Shown here: positions 61,358-64,000 of the stretch, piece by piece
Layout: every line of letters begins with the position of its first letter
Numbering within the stretch: the first letter of the stretch is position 1
From: Nitrospiria bacterium
Lineage (GTDB): Bacteria > Nitrospirota > UBA9217
Assembly: GCA_919902495.1 (NCBI GenBank)
Contig: CAKKRC010000018.1
Coordinates: forward strand, 580 to 64,579
Length of the DNA stretch: 64,000 bases
Direction: 5' to 3'
Program-made: the position numbers and the translations under genes
Notes under the pieces: model-generated
Seen by the model: only the letters and a program-made list of their open reading frames with translations
The model's database searches: none
What the model was told of the DNA's origin: nothing

Positions 61358-62383
61358 ATGAAAGCCCTCTATTACGACGAGCTCAAGGGGTATCAAGGCA
61401 TCAAGGTCGGCGAGTTCCCCATGCCCGAGATCACGGACAACGAGGTGCTGGTCCGGGTCAAGGCATTTTCCCTGAACCACCTCGATGTATGGGTCATGAA
61501 CGGCACCTATCCCGGAAAGATACCCCTGCCGCATATTTTCGGCTCCGACGCGTCAGGCGTTGTGGAGAAGGCAGGAAAGCATGTGAGCCACGTTGTCCCC
61601 GGCGCCGAGGTGATCGTCTTTCCCGGCCTGTCCTGCGGTCATTGCGGCCGGTGCCTTGCCGGCCGTGACAACGAATGCAGCGAATTCAATGTTCTCGGTG
61701 TGGTCACCCCCGGCGTCTCGGCCGAGTACGTAAAGGTCCCGTCTGCGAATGTCTTCATAAAGCCCGCGGGGATATCCTTCGAGGAGGCGGCAGGCATCGG
61801 CATTACCTACACGACGGCGTGGAACTCACTGGTGCTGCGCGCCAATATTCAGTACGGCGATACGGTCCTGGTCCATGGTGCGGGGAGCGGGGCCGGCACG
61901 GCGGTGATCCAGGTGGCAAAGCTCTTCAGTGCCACGATCATCACTACGGTCGGCGATGACGGGAAGATGCAAAAGGCGCGGGACCTCGGCGCCGATCTCG
62001 TCATCAATCATCGGAGCGAGGATTTCGTCGCGGCGGTGAAGCGGTTCACCGCGGGCGAACTCGCCGACATCGCCGTGGACCATGTCGGCGCCGACACCTT
62101 CAGCCGATCGCTTGCCGCGGTGAAGCGCGGCGGAAGGGTCGTCACCTTCGGCGCCACGAGCGGCGACGAGGCGCCCATCTCCCTCCGGCAGGTGTTCGGC
62201 AAGAACCTCACTATCCACGGCGTGTACGTGGGCCCCAAGGCCGCGGTTGTTCAGTATCTCCGGCTCTTTCCCCGGAAGCTCAGGACCGTCGTGGACTCGG
62301 TGTTCTCTTTCGAGGACGCCCCCAAGGCCTACGAAAAACTCCTGTCCCGCCAGTTCTTCGGCAAGATCATCGTGCGCGTCTGA
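61358..62383 (+). CDS. Zinc-binding dehydrogenase / quinone oxidoreductase (MDR family)
   Basis: LNHLD, CGHCGRCLAG..NEC, HGAGSGAG, FGKII. Confidence 0.9.
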   Translation: MKALYYDELKGYQGIKVGEFPMPEITDNEVLVRVKAFSLNHLDVWVMNGTYPGKIPLPHIFGSDASGVVEKAGKHVSHVVPGAEVIVFPGLSCGHCGRCLAGRDNECSEFNVLGVVTPGVSAEYVKVPSANVFIKPAGISFEEAAGIGITYTTAWNSLVLRANIQYGDTVLVHGAGSGAGTAVIQVAKLFSATIITTVGDDGKMQKARDLGADLVINHRSEDFVAAVKRFTAGELADIAVDHVGADTFSRSLAAVKRGGRVVTFGATSGDEAPISLRQVFGKNLTIHGVYVGPKAAVVQYLRLFPRKLRTVVDSVFSFEDAPKAYEKLLSRQFFGKIIVRV

Positions 62384-62453
62384 TAAGCGACGGAAAACGC
62401 CTTGCCGGTCCCGCCCGGATATGCAATACTATGTCTGCGGTTGAAGGGAAACC

Positions 62454-63761
62454 ATGACAAGGATCGTTGACCACATAAAGACCTCGCTCCGCCTCCGCAT
62501 GACCCTCGGCATGGGCGTCATGCTGCTGCCGCTCATCATCCTTGGCGTCGGTAGTTTCGTCGCATCGCAAAGCATGATCAACGCGCTGGAACAGGTGGTC
62601 CGGACGGAAGCCGAAGAGCTGCGGCCCGTCACCGAGCTGCAGAAGTTGATCCTGCAGGCGGGGATGCCGCCCAACGACTACATCATCCTGGGCGACCGCT
62701 CCGAGCGGGTGCTGTTCGGCTATCTCGTGCGCGAGATCGACGCGCGGTTCAAGTCCCTGAGCGCACCCGCGGCCTTCGGAGAAGAGAAGGAACGCAAGTT
62801 TATCGAGGCGGCGGGCGCGGAATGGGAAAAGGCAAGGATTATGGGCATGGGGATCCTTGCCATTCCCCATCCCGGGGGAAACGCGACCGCGGCGTCGCGC
62901 ATGAAGGTCTTCGACGCCCACATCGGCCACGCCAGCGACATCCTGAACCTGCTGTACGACGAGGTGCTGCATGAGATCGACAAGCAGCGGGCCCACGCGC
63001 GGTCGGTGCAATGGAATGAGACGGTGTTCCTCATCGCCGTTTTCACCGGCGCCCTGGTCGTCGCCCTGGTCGCCGGGTTCCTCCTGTCCCGCTCCATCAT
63101 CCTTCCCATCCGGGCGCTGCAGGACGGCGTGTTCCGTTTCGGCCAGGGCGATAACTCCTTCCGGGTGGTCTTGGATCGGAATGACGAGTTCGGTCGGCTG
63201 GCCAAGACCCTGAACTCCATGGCGGAGCGGCTGGAATACGACGGCCTCACGGGCGTGTACAACCGGCAGGAGTTCCACCGCAAGCTCAAGAACGAGCTCG
63301 ACCGCTCGCTCCGCTATGGCCACACCTGCACCCTCCTCATGGTTGATCTCGACCACTTCAAACAGGTGAACGACACCTACGGCCATCTATGCGGCGACGA
63401 TGCCCTGCGTGCCGTGACCATGCGGCTGCTCAAGGACGTCCGCAACTTCGACAGCGTGGCCCGGTACGGCGGCGAAGAGCTCGTGATCATCATGCCGGAG
63501 ACCGGCACCGCCGGGGCGCGGGCGGTCGCCGAGCGGATCCGCGAGTCCGTATCAACGCGGCCGATCACGACAACCCGCGGCGCTATTCTGGACCTCACGA
63601 TCAGCATCGGCATGGCGGCTTTTCCCGCGGACGCGCGGTCCGAGGACGACCTCATCGCTGCCGCGGACCAGGCCCTCTACACCGCCAAGCAGCAGGGGCG
63701 CAACCGGGTGGTCGCCTTCGAGCCCGGCATGGATGCCGTGCGGCGAAAGGGCGAACCGTAA
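62454..63761 (+). CDS. Membrane diguanylate cyclase (four-helix sensor, HAMP, GGDEF)
   Basis: DGLTGVYNR, DLDHFKQVNDTYGH, R..D I-site (RNFD), RYGGEEL. Confidence 0.92.
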   Translation: MTRIVDHIKTSLRLRMTLGMGVMLLPLIILGVGSFVASQSMINALEQVVRTEAEELRPVTELQKLILQAGMPPNDYIILGDRSERVLFGYLVREIDARFKSLSAPAAFGEEKERKFIEAAGAEWEKARIMGMGILAIPHPGGNATAASRMKVFDAHIGHASDILNLLYDEVLHEIDKQRAHARSVQWNETVFLIAVFTGALVVALVAGFLLSRSIILPIRALQDGVFRFGQGDNSFRVVLDRNDEFGRLAKTLNSMAERLEYDGLTGVYNRQEFHRKLKNELDRSLRYGHTCTLLMVDLDHFKQVNDTYGHLCGDDALRAVTMRLLKDVRNFDSVARYGGEELVIIMPETGTAGARAVAERIRESVSTRPITTTRGAILDLTISIGMAAFPADARSEDDLIAAADQALYTAKQQGRNRVVAFEPGMDAVRRKGEP

Positions 63762-63905
63762 CCGGCCCTTTCTGCTATGCCTGCCCGCTACCTGAACCGT
63801 CAATAGGATCTTCCTGCTAATTACCTTGCAGACCCGGCATGTTTATGAAATAATTTGACCATACGGTCTGACGCAGCTGTCCGACATCTCCGCACGGAGG
63901 TCCTC

Positions 63906-64000
63906 ATGAAGGAATCGGATCTGAGCAAATATCGCTATCGGCACCACGGCCTGGACAAGGAGTCCTTCAAAAAGTCCATCGTCAACCTCCTGGTCTATTC
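63906..64000 (+). CDS. N-terminus of a probable glycogen phosphorylase (runs off the window)
   Basis: GGAGG SD; MKESDLSKYRYRHHGLDKESFKKSIVNLLVY resembles GlgP N-termini. Only 31 codons are visible. Confidence 0.45.
   Translation, partial: MKESDLSKYRYRHHGLDKESFKKSIVNLLVY

Overview
GC-rich bacterial chromosome segment; gene content suggests a Nitrospirota/deltaproteobacteria-like lineage (inference only). Most of it is housekeeping: mfd, three SurA/PrsA-type chaperones, rlmI, dksA, ndk, icd, valS-nadC-birA-coaX, a GalT-like gene, aconitase, ilvE, comM, rnj, tRNA-Val(CAC), tRNA-Leu(GAG) and the start of a probable glgP. Signalling genes are dense: an adenylate cyclase with a C-terminal PilZ domain, a GAF-HD-GYP protein, a diguanylate cyclase, a His-less kinase with CheD, and a Pil-Chp-like chemosensory operon ending in a RomR-like regulator next to valS. 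Accessory DNA: (1) the 5' half of an IS110 recombinase missing from the ORF track, with a structured upstream non-coding end; (2) a ~1 kb vapBC-only islet at tRNA-Val flanked by a 36-bp direct repeat; (3) an ~8.5 kb island between two copies of the last 485 bp of comM, carrying a secreted teneurin-like NHL/YD-RHS protein with an unrecognised C-terminal toxin-like domain, a membrane immunity candidate and an XRE regulator; (4) many small palindromic elements, one inserted in frame in mfd. All calls come from reading motifs by eye; no searches were run.
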